DNA of 64,000 bases, from NCBI GenBank assembly GCA_010093995.1, contig ML992509.1:1201850-1265849 (forward strand), read 5' to 3'. The stretch is from Elsinoe ampelina. Lineage: Eukaryota. Shown here piece after piece: positions 12,528 through 25,999 of the stretch (the stretch's first letter is position 1; each line of letters begins with the position of its first letter). The translations under genes were made by a program, and so were the position numbers. The notes beneath the pieces were generated by a model. The model had not been told where the DNA came from. It worked only from the letters and a program-made list of their open reading frames with translations, and ran no database searches.

Positions 12528-15500
12528 CTGCGCGTACTGTGCGCGTTTCTTTGTTCCCTCGAGAAAAGCAGTTGGGAAACAGTACAGTAGCAAATCTTCC
12601 CGTCCTGCTCGTCATCGTCCACCGCGGGCTGGAGGAAATTCCTCCACCACACACCCAGGTCTATGGGACCTTCGATTTGCGCATGCCTCGCATGTACCCA
12701 TGTACCTCATTGTGTCGCACGATCAATGCACATTATTGTGCTTGCCTATTTTTGTCATGATGAAAATTCGAGGTAATTGGACCGAGGTGGCGCCTCGGAG
12801 GTTAGCACGATAGACCCCTCGCAAGGTCGTTGATATCGTAATCTCGCTCTCATCTGTCCACCGTTGAGCCTCCCAGACTTCGAGACCCCATCTCGACCTG
12901 TCACTCGGACTCGCCGTGACCCTGTAGGGCGGTCTCGCAATGTTCCGGACACGTGGGAAAGGGGGGGGGGCTATCGATCAGAGTTCAGATAGTGGTAAGA
13001 ACTTGTTTGTAGCGCCCCTCCTCCACAGACTGCAGGGTGGTATAGGATCACCAAAGTGTGATGCCCGAGAATGGCAAGGTTAACCTGGCGGGGCAAGCGA
13101 GGGCGAGATCTGATGCCAAGTCTGGGAAGCGGAGTGCATTATTGGAGGATAGGGAGGGCGAGGCGCCTGGGAAAAGGACGTGCTCGATGAGGCGACATGG
13201 GTGGGGAAAGAAAGAAATATATATTTGTTTATGCCAAGGGGACAGGAAGGGTAAGCGTATGCAGAAGGATGTCAAATACGTACAGATGGCCAAAGGTTGA
13301 GGTGCAGTAGTGTCCGCAGGATGCAGCAACTGTCGTGCATAAAGCACGTGGGAAGACTGAGGCTAAATAATGTGACAGTTGGGGTGAAGAGTGCCGAAGA
13401 TGCCGCCTGCCAGCCCAGGGCTTTGGGAGTTGGGGACGAGCGAGTTCCTGGGACCACAGAGGAATTGGGTTTACGGTACGAGGTGGTGGTGGCAAGCTTT
13501 TGTCCGGGTTGGGTCCGTCTTGACGCTACTTGTCCGGCTGGTACGCGGGGTGGGATCCGAAGAGGAAGGCCAAAAGAGAGTCAATCTCTACCACGCCGAG
13601 GATGAGCCAAATATGCGTCTCAAGGGTCCTGGCCCACTTGCGAATCTCGGCCAAGCTGCAATGATCCGCCGAATGTCCATCCGTGCAGATAGTGTGGACC
13701 GAGGATCCTGCTGTGGACTGTGCTGGCGATCCAGACGACTCGGGACTTGCAAAGGGCTGATTTGTCTTGAGTGTTGCAAAGCTTTAGGTTGAACATGACG
13801 TGGGAAAGCATATCCGGCACAATCGTGTATGCGAAGCCTCATCGCTGGCCGAGGAAGACCGGCATCGTTCGAAACGGACCTGACCTTGGCAGCCGGTGTA
13901 CTCCAAGTGGAATAGCGGACAGAGGTGATCGTCGTCGAAGCGGACCTTCTTCGCGCACGCGTCGACGTGAGGGATTGGCAGGACGGTGGTGCCTTGCGAC
14001 CGTTGTAATGGCCATTCCGTTTGAAGATACTCCACCGCAGTCCTTGATATGCTGCAGCTGCTCGAGCGAAGCCCACGTCACGTCCGTCATGCTCGGCATC
14101 GATCGACGGGGACTGGACCTGTCATGGTGCGCAAGCCACTCGCTTGACCATTCATCACAATGGCAGTTATTGTGAACCTTCAGTGGCAGTGTGACCACGG
14201 GCACAACCAAGCCGCATCCTATCACTCATCACAAACCAGCGCCGCCTCGATAACTTACCTCGATCTCGGTTCATTGGGGTCAGCCAATTGGCAAAAAGGT
14301 GAGAGTTCAATGGGTGAGTCCGAAGGGACTTCCCTTTGTCGGCGTCGTCCGAATGGTCAGACTCAGGGCGGTTCATCCACCCCCTCATCCTTCCTGTTAT
14401 GCACATCCCCGCACGCTTTCGATAGAAGCTCTGTAAATGTTCTGGCTATTGTAAACATACGCTTTCGGTCAGATGCTCGAGATCCTCCTCATTCAGGAAC
14501 ACATCCATCTCCAAAGAGGGCATGCTTTTAGCTGTCAGGCGCCACACTCCATCCTTCTCGACCCTGAACAGCAACCCTGATTCTCGCTACAAACGACCGT
14601 ACTGCAGGACGATGGAAGGGAACTCCACTCCGTCTTAGCCTTATCATGCTGCACGTCTGTTATCAAGAGCGTTTCCTCGCAAATTGCGGTCCTATCCGTC
14701 CAAGGAAGCTTAAGGAGCTATGGCTCTGCTAGACATGAAGACGCATACAAGGTAAAGTCCAGAAGCGTTGCACGGCCGCCATACGCCACACCGTTGTATG
14801 CATACCTTGCCCACAGACTGCGAACAAGGCGCGCGCACGCAGAAGTGGGGTTCCTAATCCTACCGGTCAACTGTCATCAATCATCACAACAGACCAAATC
14901 CGTCGGCGCGATTGATCCGGCGTGAGGTCCGAAGACCAGTACTGTACCTGCGTGAGCTATCCAGACGTCTGGATCGGCCGGTCGCCTCACGCCAGAGTTT
15001 TGTCATGTTGCATGTGCACGAACACGACAAAGTTTTGTGGCAGGATCCCATCTGCTCAAGCTCAACAGTGAGAAAGTGGTCAGTGTCCTAAGACTAAGGT
15101 ATGCATACCGTGTACTCGGTCGTCAATCGATGAAGCACTCTGGATGTGGTGGTCGTGTGGGGTCTCACATCTGACGCTTTCGGACATGGAGAGTCGTCCT
15201 GAGAGTGCCACAAACTTGGCCCAAAGTAAAACTGCATAGGGTGTGCAGTAGCGTCCCGGGCAGGAGCAGCAGGGATCCTGGCTGGCGTCCTGGATGGCGT
15301 CGGCCGGTGTTGGCCCCGGTAAAAGGCAGCTTTTTTGGTACCACAGCACGCGCTACCCTCCATCAGGACAGTTCACCTCACTCTGCTGGGCCCACAAACG
15401 ACGACGGGCACGCATTGGTCTCTTTTGCCTCTCAAGCCCTCGACGCCGCGCCTGTGCTCCACGGTCCACTCGTCCCGACGCTACGCCTGCCGCTAAATCT

Positions 15501-15989
15501 TGTGCCTGCACATCCCATCGACCCATCCGCAGCTCTGGCGCGACTTGTCTCGAAACTCGCTGATCACTACTTGTATCTCTGCCCGCCCCGTTCGAAAAAC
15601 CGCCCACCACGATCTTTAACAGGGCTTATCATCCCGACCGTTCCTCGCGTCTTCCCACGCTACACCTACACGCATACCATCTGTCATTCATTGCTTTGCT
15701 TTTTTCCCCTCAGCTCCAGTACAATTAAGCCCGCCTCGCCGATCACACTCACTCCGATACACTCTCTATATACATCGATCCCCACCGGTCCCTTGATACG
15801 TCACTCCACTATCACTCCAATTTGCCTTGTCGACTGCTTCCCGCATACATATCGACCTCACCCAACTATCCTTCAAGGGTACAACCTAAAGCTTAGTGTC
15901 TTGCATCCAAACCACCACCGACTATTCTTACCGTATGTCTTCTGGCCTGTCAACGACCGGTCATATAATCTGACAAGATCCAGGCTCCA

Positions 15990-17726
15990 ATGGAGCACCA
16001 ATTCATGCCCACCCAGCACCTGGGTCAACCATCATTCTTCTATTACAACCCAGAGCAGACCTCAGAGAACCGGAATCAAGGTCACTTCACACCCCAGCCA
16101 AACAGCATGGTCATGTCAATGCCAGACTACTTCCACTGCCACCAGCCATTCCACAGGCCGCAGTCTGCAGGTCCTCAGATGATCTACCAGCCCACTCCTC
16201 AATACTTCAACCAAGCCATGCTCACCCCGAGCGCCTCACCGAAGCCTTTCCAGCACAAGCCAACCATTCTTGTCCAGCAAGAGAACCCTTACCTCATCCG
16301 CCTCGACGCTACCCAATACGTCCCCTCAACGCCAACTCTTAGCGCCAGCGGCAGCAGCTTCAGCTCCAGCTCAGTAGACAGCCCACACGCTCACGTTGTT
16401 CCCTCAAACGATTACTTCTCGCAACCATTCGCCAAGGCGGTCCGGGAAGAGGAGGCATTCGCAGATATCGTCCACAACGAAATGACCGTGGTAGGCAGTA
16501 CTCACAGCCCACCTCTCAGTCCAGGTAAGTCAAAGCCGAAGTCTGGTTGAGTGCGTGTATTTGTGGAGCACACAGAAGTTCCTCCAGGATGCACGCAATC
16601 AACCAAAATCCCGAACCAAAATTTTGATTGGTGGCTGATCCCGCTTTTAGTCTACCTGCACCCGAACTCGGCGGCTCCCGATAGCTCGTACCTCCTTTCC
16701 ACCTCTGCTTGCCCTTCGCTTTCACCATCACCGTCACCAATCCCAAGATCCGTCGTTTCACTCGATTCAGAGGTCTGCGATCCCCGCAATCTCACCGTCT
16801 CGAGCTTCACTTCTGAGCTTGAATCACTTCCTACTCTCTGTGCTGGTGATGACGAGGAGCACAAATTTGTCCTGAAGGGCGACATTTCCCCTCAGCAAAT
16901 CCAGCACGCTCCTCTTCCCAGCGAATACGTTCCTTCTTCCATCCCTTCGTTCGAGCCTCTTTTCGACCTCGACGTTGAAGACGGTCTCCTTGGCGAGCAC
17001 AGTCCTATCAAGCGTCAAAGGACCGACTCTGGTGCAACCCCAACAATTGCCTTCTTTGACTCGAGCTTTGAGGAGGATCTTACCAACGGCGCTCTCCTTT
17101 CACCGGGCTCTGAGTTCTCAAGCTTCTCTGACGGCTACCTCCACAGCAGTCCTATCAAGTCCGCCATGGCTGACTCCGCTCACTACACCACCGCCTCTTC
17201 CGGTCAGCAGAAGCAAGGATCTCCTCAGGGCAGCACTCAGAGCGCCCACTCATCTCCGTCCCAGGGCTCCCCCACCTCCGGCCAACAGTCCTCCGGCACT
17301 CGACGAGGCCGCAAGCAATCTCTCACTGACGACCCATCCAAGACATTCGTCTGCACTCTCTGCAGCCGTCGCTTCAGACGTCAGGAACATCTCAAGAGGC
17401 ACTACCGTTCTCTCCACACTCATGATAAGCCATTTGAGTGCACCGATTGTGGCAAGAAGTTCTCCCGATCAGATAACCTGAGTCAGCACCAGCGCACCCA
17501 CGGCGCCGGGACCATGGTCATGGGTGTCCTCCCCAACGACCAATCAGGTCAGCCAATGATGTATGCCCACCATCACGATGCACGAGACTACGATGTGGCC
17601 CAGCTTGGCCAGATGCTCTTTGAGAACGCCCACGAGATTGCCGGTAATGCCAGTACTGCCTCGAGCTCGAATGGCTCCGATGATGAGCACAAGAATTCTG
17701 CCAAGAAGCGACGTCGCGACGAGTAG
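15990..17726 (+). CDS. seb1: C2H2 stress-response transcription factor, Seb1/SebA (Msn2-like)
   Basis: N-terminal SFFYYNPE...[67 protein letters not shown]; intron 16525..16650 (GTAAGT...GCTGAT...TAG). Confidence 0.88.
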
Positions 17727-20700
17727 ACCTCGCGTTTGAGACCTCGTCCCTCCAAATAGGAGCGATGAAACGGCCTATCCCACGACCTCACGAACCTTTA
17801 TACGCTTCTCCTTTTCACACCTCACGACCCGACATGCATCCTAACACCTCCTGCTGGACACGACTTGCCCTCTGGCGACGCCCAACCTTGCTTGAAGCAT
17901 AATCGATGGGGCATTTAAAAGACCTTTGCTGTTTACCATTTCACGACTGTCCCGCTTGATGGCGGGCGGACACTTTTTTCCATACCTTCGCTCATACGAT
18001 TTGACATCACTGCGATGGCGCTTTGGGGGACTACACTGTTACAATATGCAAATCTTGAGGACGAGCTTGGTCATTGACACCACTCGCTTGCAAATACTAT
18101 TCTGTTGAGAGTTCATAACCTCTCACTGCAAAAGAAGCACTTTCTCACCCCAGAACTCTTCTCACGATTCTCTTTTGCTTTTACTACAGTACCTAATTCA
18201 CGATCTCTCGTTCAAAGCACATTCTACCGATCCTTGCAGTCGGAGGCAGGACCAAGCGACCAAGGCATATTACATTTTAATCACCTCTTTCTCGATCTAG
18301 CGTACGGCCACATTGGACGAGGCGCCTGCGGGCGTCCCCAAAAACCGTTTACTGTACATACATACCACAGACCATCTTTGCTATTCTGGTCGGACGAGGG
18401 GTCTCTTACCAAGGAGGGATGATGGGCGGAGGAAGCATAGAGGCAAAGAAGGCTCGATCCGCACAGGCCGAACCTGAACCTGAACGGCGGGCTGGCTCTA
18501 CCCACGGATCAGGTCGGCGGGCGGGAGCACTATCGATGGTGCGTGCAAGCAGAGATAGCTCTCGAGTATGGACGACTACAAATCCAGATATTCCCTCATA
18601 TCTATTCTTGCTTTTGGTTCCTTTTGCCTTGCACTATTCTTGTGAAGACCAGATCGGTCTTAGCTCCTGTAGTGAAGGATCTGAAGCCATTGGTTTCAGC
18701 CAGATTGACGTGCAGATGGCAGTGGCTGACAGTGGCATGCATGCATGAAATGGCTCTTTCTCCAGGATCAAGCATTGCATGTGAGAAGAGGGCGCACCGT
18801 ACCGTACCGTGCTTCAGGCGAGCTTGGTCCTCACCTGCATATCTCGCCTCGCCTTGATCGACAATGGACCCGATCTGCCACTTTGCCTGCGGTGCAGTGT
18901 CATGCTAGGCTACCATACAGCAAAGTGAATGCGGGGGATACTGCAGTCCAAGAGACTCTTGAGCATATGCAATGACCTACAGAGTGCATGCTATACCAAT
19001 CCGGACTTCATACAAGGGTACATGCACGCTTCCCATCAAACTGGGAATAACCCATGGCAAGGTTCCAGCAGAGAGTCCACCCGCCCTCGCAGCTCACAGG
19101 CAGGTACGTCCGCCGTTCTGCTCGCCAACAGCACGGTACGGTAGCATGATTGCGTTATTCCCCCTCCTCTCTAGCGTCTGACGTTTGCTACAGTACCTCA
19201 CACTGTTCTGCAATCGAGCTCCCCGGCTCCGCTCCTCCCGAGGCAGTCCCAGTAGCCAGATCACCTGCCTTCGCGCCCACCCCGCGAGACCCACGAGACT
19301 TCCAGCAGTGACGCTCCAGCCCGGATATCCACCAGCGACGATCAGCCCTGGAACAACATCCTTGTAACCCGCCTGGCCTCGAGGACCCCAAACCTTGACC
19401 CACCGATGCGAGAATTCTTGATCGACACCCATCCATCTCGACCTGGACGATCACTCGTCGAATTCCACAGGACACTCGATGCGACGCGATACTGTCCAAT
19501 GCGGTTTCCCCCGGTCCGCAGGAGTCCGCGCTCCAGGCCAGCCAACCGGCCAGCCAGCCAAAAGCAAAAGCTCAATGCGTCTGTGCTTCACCTTTCCCCC
19601 CCCTTTGCCCCCCAACGGCCTCGGAGCAGGGCACGCGTCGGGACGCGTTGGTAAACACTCACCGTTTTGGTGAGCTGGAGCTGGACGTGGGGAGGAGAGT
19701 TTGAGGCTGGGCGGACGGGGGTGGCCGGTTGGGGGACTTGGGAATGGACACGGAGGATCTCTGGGATTGGGGACGGGGCATGGCAATGGGAATGGTGATG
19801 GAGAGAGTGAGCAGGATGGGCTGGGTGGGATCGAATGGTGATGGTGGATTGTGAATGGAAGGTGGTGGCTGCGAGGGAGGAGGCAAGAGGTGATTACGTG
19901 TGCGGATTCGGCGGGTGAGGATTTGGCACATGCATCCCGAGGAAGCTGATTTGAGAGGGCGAGGATCGATGTGGGCATGGGAATTTTTTTGTTTGTGGCG
20001 GGAGGATGCGGGGGAGGAGATTTGGAGATCTGGATGCCGAAGGGAGCATCGTGGATGTGATCCTGTGAGTGGGGATTTTGCTCGAGATGGATGAGAAAGT
20101 CTCTCTGGGTTTGATGCGAGGTGAGGTTGGTGGGCTTGAGGTTGCTGGAGTGCGATACAGAGTGACATGAGACGGGAATGCACTACATGCGGTGCAGGAA
20201 CTTGATTTCTCGCGCAGGAACAAAGACTTTTGTGTGGGTTTGGGGCGCAAAAGAAACATCATGCATCGAGGATGGTATGCATTCCGTGCACTGCAGCAGG
20301 ATATCGAAGATGGACCTCCCATGTCCGTGGAGCTGGTTGATATCATTTTGTGGAGAGCTTTCGATAGTCCATCTCCGTTTCCGCCTCTCTGGTTTCTTTT
20401 GCTTCCCGACAACTTGGTAAAGGCGAGCACGTCGAAGTTTGGTATCGCTCTTCACATCCATCTTCGGCTTCGTCTCCGGGCCGGCTAGAAGGGCAAAAAC
20501 AAGTGGCAAGAGAGTCATGTGAGACATTTTGTGAGACTCTCTTCCCTCACCTCGGTCTGCTGCAGACATGGCACACCTTCGGGCAAAAAGCATTCACAAG
20601 CAGGATCCATCTCAGCTCTCGACGTGTCTCGTCTCGCGGTTTGTTGACACACCTCTTGTACAAGTTTCAAACATTGCCACTGCCAACATCCACACCCACG

Positions 20701-21268
20701 TCAGCTTCGTGTCTGGTCCAAGTCAGCGGCAGTCAAGAACCGACGAACGCGTCCAGGTTCGCAACTCGCCCCACTGTCAACCACAGTACGGCTTCAGGTC
20801 TAGGACGCGATCCAACCATACCTCGACCATGGTGGGCAGCGGGTGATTTGCGAGTAGAGTACCAAACTCGACTTCGAGGTCAACCAAGGTAAGCAGCCTG
20901 GGAATATCTCGGTCACAACTGCAAATCCGACATTGCGAAGCTTTGCTCGTCGCCTTGGTAAAATGGTATTCGAGGTATCCCCGAGTACCACTGCTAGTAT
21001 TGCAAGGGCTTCTATCGAGCACGACCAGTACACTTGTGCTTGGTCGTATCGTTCTCAACGCTACAGCCACAGCCTTTTGCTGACTTTTGCTGTGCGACTC
21101 TGCGACGACGCTATCGAATCAGCCCTGCCCGTCTATCATTTTGTTGTGCAGAAGTCATTTTGATATCCTTTCATGCCCTCATCACGTTCGCTCAATGCCA
21201 GTACGCCGGTACCCATGCCTCATGGCATCAATGACGACCTTGAAGCCAGTCACCGATGAGCTAGGTTC

Positions 21269-22336
21269 TTACTCTCCTGGCTCATCTCCGATCTTCTCTA
21301 GCTTTCCCATCGTCCTCTTCTCACCAGTCTCCCCTATCAGCCGGATGCGATCTACCCTCGTCTTCTCGCCATCCCCAAGACCGTCGACTACGTAGACAAC
21401 GATGCTGCTGATGTTCTGGAATTTGACAAACCGCAGTTCCAACTTCGCAGTGCCAGTCTTGCTGTCGTAGCTGCTCTCATCCAGCTCAAATGATTGTGTT
21501 GGCTCGATACTGTCCGCTTCATCAAATCCAAGCACGTTTGATCTGTTGGTATAGATCTTGATCGTCTTGGGCTTCATCACATCATCGTCATCCTCCGGAG
21601 CGTGGGAGGTGATGTGTAACGTGTGGACCTTCAGGGTGGCTTGGAATGGGATGAACAGCATGAGCTGCTCGTCTGTGTCGCTCTCGATCCAGTCCTTCTT
21701 GTCGCTCTTGCTCGGCGCCGAAGAGTCAAATATCGTCCTGGATCCTCCGACATCTGATGACAGGTTCAGAAAGTCCAGTCCTTGCTGATCCACTGAAGAT
21801 GTCACGTCCGTGTATCCTCTCGGCAGACCTGCTCCGAGCCATATCCCTCCACTGCTACCACTGCCTGATGCGTCTGACGATGATGCTTCTGCTGCTAGAT
21901 TCTTCACCGCCGCATCCAGAGCTTTCGGGTCGGCGCCGCGTATTCTTTGAGTTTCTCTGCCATTCTTGAAGATCATGAATGTTGGCATCCTATGATTTGT
22001 CTCAGCTCTATTCTCTTGTCCATCTCTTGGATGACCTACGCTGTGATATTGTACGATTGCGCTATTTCCCGCTGGTTGTCGGTATTGACCTTGGTGAATG
22101 TGATTTGTCCTGGTCGTGACAGCTGCGACGAGAGTTGCTCATAGAATGGTGCAATCGCCTTGCATGGTCCACACCAATCTGCATAGACTACGGTATCGTC
22201 AGCGCGACTGTGTGATGATAGTATGAAGAGCCAGCTGCCATAGGTGGGGCAACGTACAGTCGGTGACTACTACTCTCGAGGAGGACAGCAGCTGGGTGAA
22301 TTGCGAAGGCGATTCGATGTGTACAATTTGAGCCAT
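21269..22336 (-). CDS. txl1: Thioredoxin-like protein with C-terminal PITH domain (TXNL1/Txl1)
   Basis: Spliced DFYADWCGPCKAIAP active site; MPTF; PITH motifs ESDTDEQLMLFIPF and LRFVKFQN; introns 22188..22257 and 21990..22039. Confidence 0.92.
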
Positions 22337-22790
22337 GTTGCTTTGCTGTGAGTGGTGGTAAGATGCTGGAGTGCGAGCAATGGAAGAACAGCTTAAGAAG
22401 TAGTCCAGATAGGTGTTGTGTTGCACAAGTGAGGTTGGCGGGGAGAAACGTGTGGAAACTCAGCGTGACATCAGTCAGCGACATCTGCCTTCACCTGCAA
22501 ATACAGTCAATATGGGAGAACTAGACGGTCTTGCCCTCACTCGAAACGAACGTGTCCTAGTAGTCGCATTGAGCTACGCCTGGATTACACCCATCTTCTT
22601 CACGTTTGGAGAGCGCATATTCAACTACCTTGGCTCTTTACGTGCTCGACGCGAAGCACGAGCTGGAGGTTGACACAAGAACACAGCAAACACTACGTCT
22701 TCAGGGACTCGCATATCCGCATACTGACTCCGAATATCTCCTATCTAAAAGAACATGGTAGTATAGAAATCGCATAGGACAACTGCAGAT

Positions 22791-24395
22791 ATGGCAGCAC
22801 ACGTCTTTGTCATTGACTCGTCTGCCAGGCGGCAGCAGATCAAGACCACGCCGGGAACATACCTTAGAGATGTCTTGGAGGAAGCTTGCAAGAGGTTCGG
22901 AAAAGACCCAGAGCAATTCCTATTGAGCGACAGCGGTAGACCGCCAAAGACCTTGGACCTATCCCTCACGGTTCGACTTTCTGGTCTTGTCAACGGAGCG
23001 AAACTCCAGCTCACACAAGCACCACGGTCGCCCTCCGTCATCAATGTTGCACTAAAGTTACCGCAGCCGGTAGGAGGACAGAGACTACAGGACAAGTTTC
23101 CGAGCAATACTTCGTTATGGCTGGTACTGCGAAAGTTTGAGGAGGCAGTAGCGGGAGGTGTATCACAAAAGCTGAACCTGACACAAAGAGGCGCCCCAAG
23201 CACGGAAACAGGATCAGGGAGATTGGAGTACGAGCAGCCGGTGATCAAGATCATGCAAAGAGAGGTCTCGGATTTGGTCGGTCTGCAGAAGACACTGGCA
23301 CAACTTGGATACAACAGCGGTAGCGTCTTGCTTCAGCTCGAATTCAAGAAGAGCGGCTTGCCCATGGAGGAGGCTATCACCCAGATATCCCGGTACTTTG
23401 AGACATCAGCACCGAAGACTGACGCCGGAGCGTCCAAGCCGGCGACAGCCTCTTCTGGTGCGCATTCATCTGCCGCGGGTCAGCTATCATCCTTACCGGA
23501 TGCAGACGCACCAGATGCTGCAGCGCCACAGGACTCTCCTTCCGTCGCAGAACCCTCAGAGGACGTCGAGATGACACCTGCTCCTCCAGTACAAGACTCC
23601 ATCAAACCATTCGAAGAGCCTGCCCTCATCGCTTCATCGTCCGAGGGTGCACTTCAACCAGATCCCACATCGAACTCCATCCAAGAGGCCAGCACATCAC
23701 AACCACCATCCGACCCCAGCATATCAGTCTACAAACCCCCCTCCGCCTCGGTACCACTCGCCGCAGCCCAAGCCTCCTCCGACTCCGACTTCACCCCAAC
23801 AGTCGAGCACGCCCACGCCCACCAAGCCGTCCTCGCCCGCGCCGCCCAAAATCGCCGTCTCCAATCCGACGCCGAGCTCGCAGCAGACAACGCCCGCAAA
23901 GCCGAAGCCTTGTCGACAGTCAAATCCGCGACCATCCGCGTGCGCTTCCCTGACCAGATGCAAGTGGACCTCACCATCACCCACGAGGACACAGCATTGT
24001 CTCTCTACGAAAAAGTAGCCGGCATGCTCCGCGACTCCTCCCTACCTTTTGAGCTCCGGTATACCGGCCCCAAAGGCTCACCTGTCATTCTGGACAAGTT
24101 AGGCAGAGAAGCGCAAAAGAGCCTTATCCGTGGCTTGGGGTGGAAAGGCAGGGTGCTGGTGACGATGGTGTGGGAGCCGAGTGTACCGGTTGAGAAGCGA
24201 GGGCAGGTGTTGAAGGATAGTCTGGTGGGGCAGGCGAGGGAGTTGAGTCTGCCTCAGGTCAAGGATGGGGGAAGGGAGACTGTGGCGCAGGGTGGAGCGG
24301 GGAGGACGGTGCAGGATGCGAAGCAGAAGGAGGGTAAGGGAAAGGGGGACTTGGAGGCAAAGATGAAGAAGTTTTTGGGGTTTGGGAAGAAGTAG
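22791..24395 (+). CDS. UBX/TUG-family Cdc48 cofactor (Ubx4/ASPSCR1-like)
   Basis: N-terminal TUG ubiquitin-like region (IKTTPGTYLRDVLEEAC...LDLSLTVRLSGLVNGAKLQL), DFTPTVEHA and C-terminal IRVRFPD UBX-like segment; single-exon 534 aa. Confidence 0.85.
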   Translation: MAAHVFVIDSSARRQQIKTTPGTYLRDVLEEACKRFGKDPEQFLLSDSGRPPKTLDLSLTVRLSGLVNGAKLQLTQAPRSPSVINVALKLPQPVGGQRLQDKFPSNTSLWLVLRKFEEAVAGGVSQKLNLTQRGAPSTETGSGRLEYEQPVIKIMQREVSDLVGLQKTLAQLGYNSGSVLLQLEFKKSGLPMEEAITQISRYFETSAPKTDAGASKPATASSGAHSSAAGQLSSLPDADAPDAAAPQDSPSVAEPSEDVEMTPAPPVQDSIKPFEEPALIASSSEGALQPDPTSNSIQEASTSQPPSDPSISVYKPPSASVPLAAAQASSDSDFTPTVEHAHAHQAVLARAAQNRRLQSDAELAADNARKAEALSTVKSATIRVRFPDQMQVDLTITHEDTALSLYEKVAGMLRDSSLPFELRYTGPKGSPVILDKLGREAQKSLIRGLGWKGRVLVTMVWEPSVPVEKRGQVLKDSLVGQARELSLPQVKDGGRETVAQGGAGRTVQDAKQKEGKGKGDLEAKMKKFLGFGKK

Positions 24396-24738
24396 TGTAG
24401 AGTCAAGAATGGGTGTCGAGATGGATGGGCTGATGTACGCGTACCAATGATGGAACTAGCAGGTACACGTTCGACAATGACCATGGATCTGATAGTAGTC
24501 GGTGAACTTGTCACACTGCGCAATATGGTCACGGCCGCATGTTGTGAAGCGAAACACTTCACGCAAGCATACGTTCCTGTCACGACAGTATGTTCTTGAA
24601 AGTCATGCCCTCGTTTTGTCAAGAGCTACAGACGAGAAGGCATCATTCCCATTGCTGCCAGAAATGCAGATTTGACTCCGTCCACACCCCAGTCCAGCAT
24701 TCCCTCACTCTCGCTCACCATCCACTCTCGGCAACCAC

Positions 24739-25317
24739 TTAATGCCCGGCCCTCCTGCTCTCAGTAATGACCTTTGTCATATCATCCACCTTTCTCTTCG
24801 CACGGCCGAATGTGCCGAGCTGTGTCGATGTTAGCCTTTCTTATCCCCTCGGAATCTCATCATGAGCGGGAATATCGTACCCTCTTCTTCGCGAGCTTCC
24901 TCGCCCTCTTGTCCTTGCTGTTCCTCAACAGTTCGATGATGCGGCGCTCATACGGGGCGAGGCCGGCGACTTCCTTGACAATGTCGCGGACGAAGGCGGT
25001 GCGCTTGCTGAGGTGGCCCTTGGTGCGGGAGACGCGGGGCTTGACTTGACGGGGGGTGACTTTCTGTAGAGAGGAGAGACGTTAGTAGATATTCGCAGGG
25101 GGACAGTATTGTCGTGATGAGGAGCGAGGTGCGTCGTCGATGTCGTCGTGATGGTGTGCGCCGGTTCTTGGGTCCTCGTTGACCTTCACTGGCGGTGTCG
25201 AAATTTCCTCGCTCCTCCATCTCCAGTTGTGTGCATTGGGAATCGGAAGGGTAAACGTACGTGACCGGCGTTGGCGCCGACGGCGATGCCGCTCCTTTGC
25301 TTGACCTCCTTCGGCAT
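24739..25317 (-). CDS. RPL36: 60S ribosomal protein L36 (eL36)
   Basis: Exons 25261..25317 ([19 protein letters not shown]), 24881..25063 (KVTPR...[30 protein letters not shown]) and 24739..24819 ([11 protein letters not shown]...RRAGH*). Not given as a single ORF in the ORF track. Confidence 0.97.
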
Positions 25318-25999
25318 GGTGAAGGTCGTGTGTCGAGATTGTCGATGTGTCGCTGGTCGAGATCAAGGGCCAGTGGAAATCTGCAAGTGTCGTTCAGAAC
25401 TGCTTCCTTGGCGTTTTTGCAAATTGGTGGTGTGTGGCCGAGGATTAGCCGGCGTGAGAAAGAGGTGCGATGCGGCTCTTCTGGCAGAAAGGGCAGATCG
25501 GACGTATCCGCGTATTGCTTTTTTATGGCCTTGCATAACGGGAATGGCTTTTTTACGGCCTTGCAGACGAATCTATGCACCGCCTTTCTCAACAACACTG
25601 CCGGACATTGTGCATGTCGATACTACGCCGTCAGACGGAGTTTATGGCAGTGACAGATCCCCGAGAGGTACACGCGGATGTCGTCGCATCTTGATTGACT
25701 TTCACTCTGTAGTGTCTCGGCGAGGGCTTTGCTGGGAGGCTTTGCACCTTTGGTGACGTAAATGCCTATGACGCTCACTGCTCCAACGATTGCAGGCATG
25801 CAAAAACCGTATACTTCAGCATCATTGATTTTCTGTGCTTCTCATTCCGTCTTTCGCACTGGCGTTCGAGTGTTTTCACAATCGCAGCCTCCCTCTCCAG
25901 GTCGCTTCACTTAATTCGTTGTGACAAACAATCAGAATCCCTTTCTCAATTGGCACGCGACACTTCACTTAGGAATATAGACCTGCCACATTACCCAAG

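Noticed and set aside
12528..15989. Many short ORFs and a G10 run in the 3.4-kb region upstream of seb1
   Set aside because: No protein motifs or consistent splice pattern; long 5' regions are normal for fungal transcription-factor genes.
15205..16182. 325-aa ORF overlapping the seb1 start
   Set aside because: GTG start, no recognisable motif, and it runs through the CT-rich leader out of frame with seb1; most likely a chance ORF.
8514..17726. Secondary-metabolite cluster around the NRPS-like gene
   Set aside because: No tailoring enzymes, transporters or Zn2Cys6 regulator nearby; the neighbours are housekeeping or global regulators.
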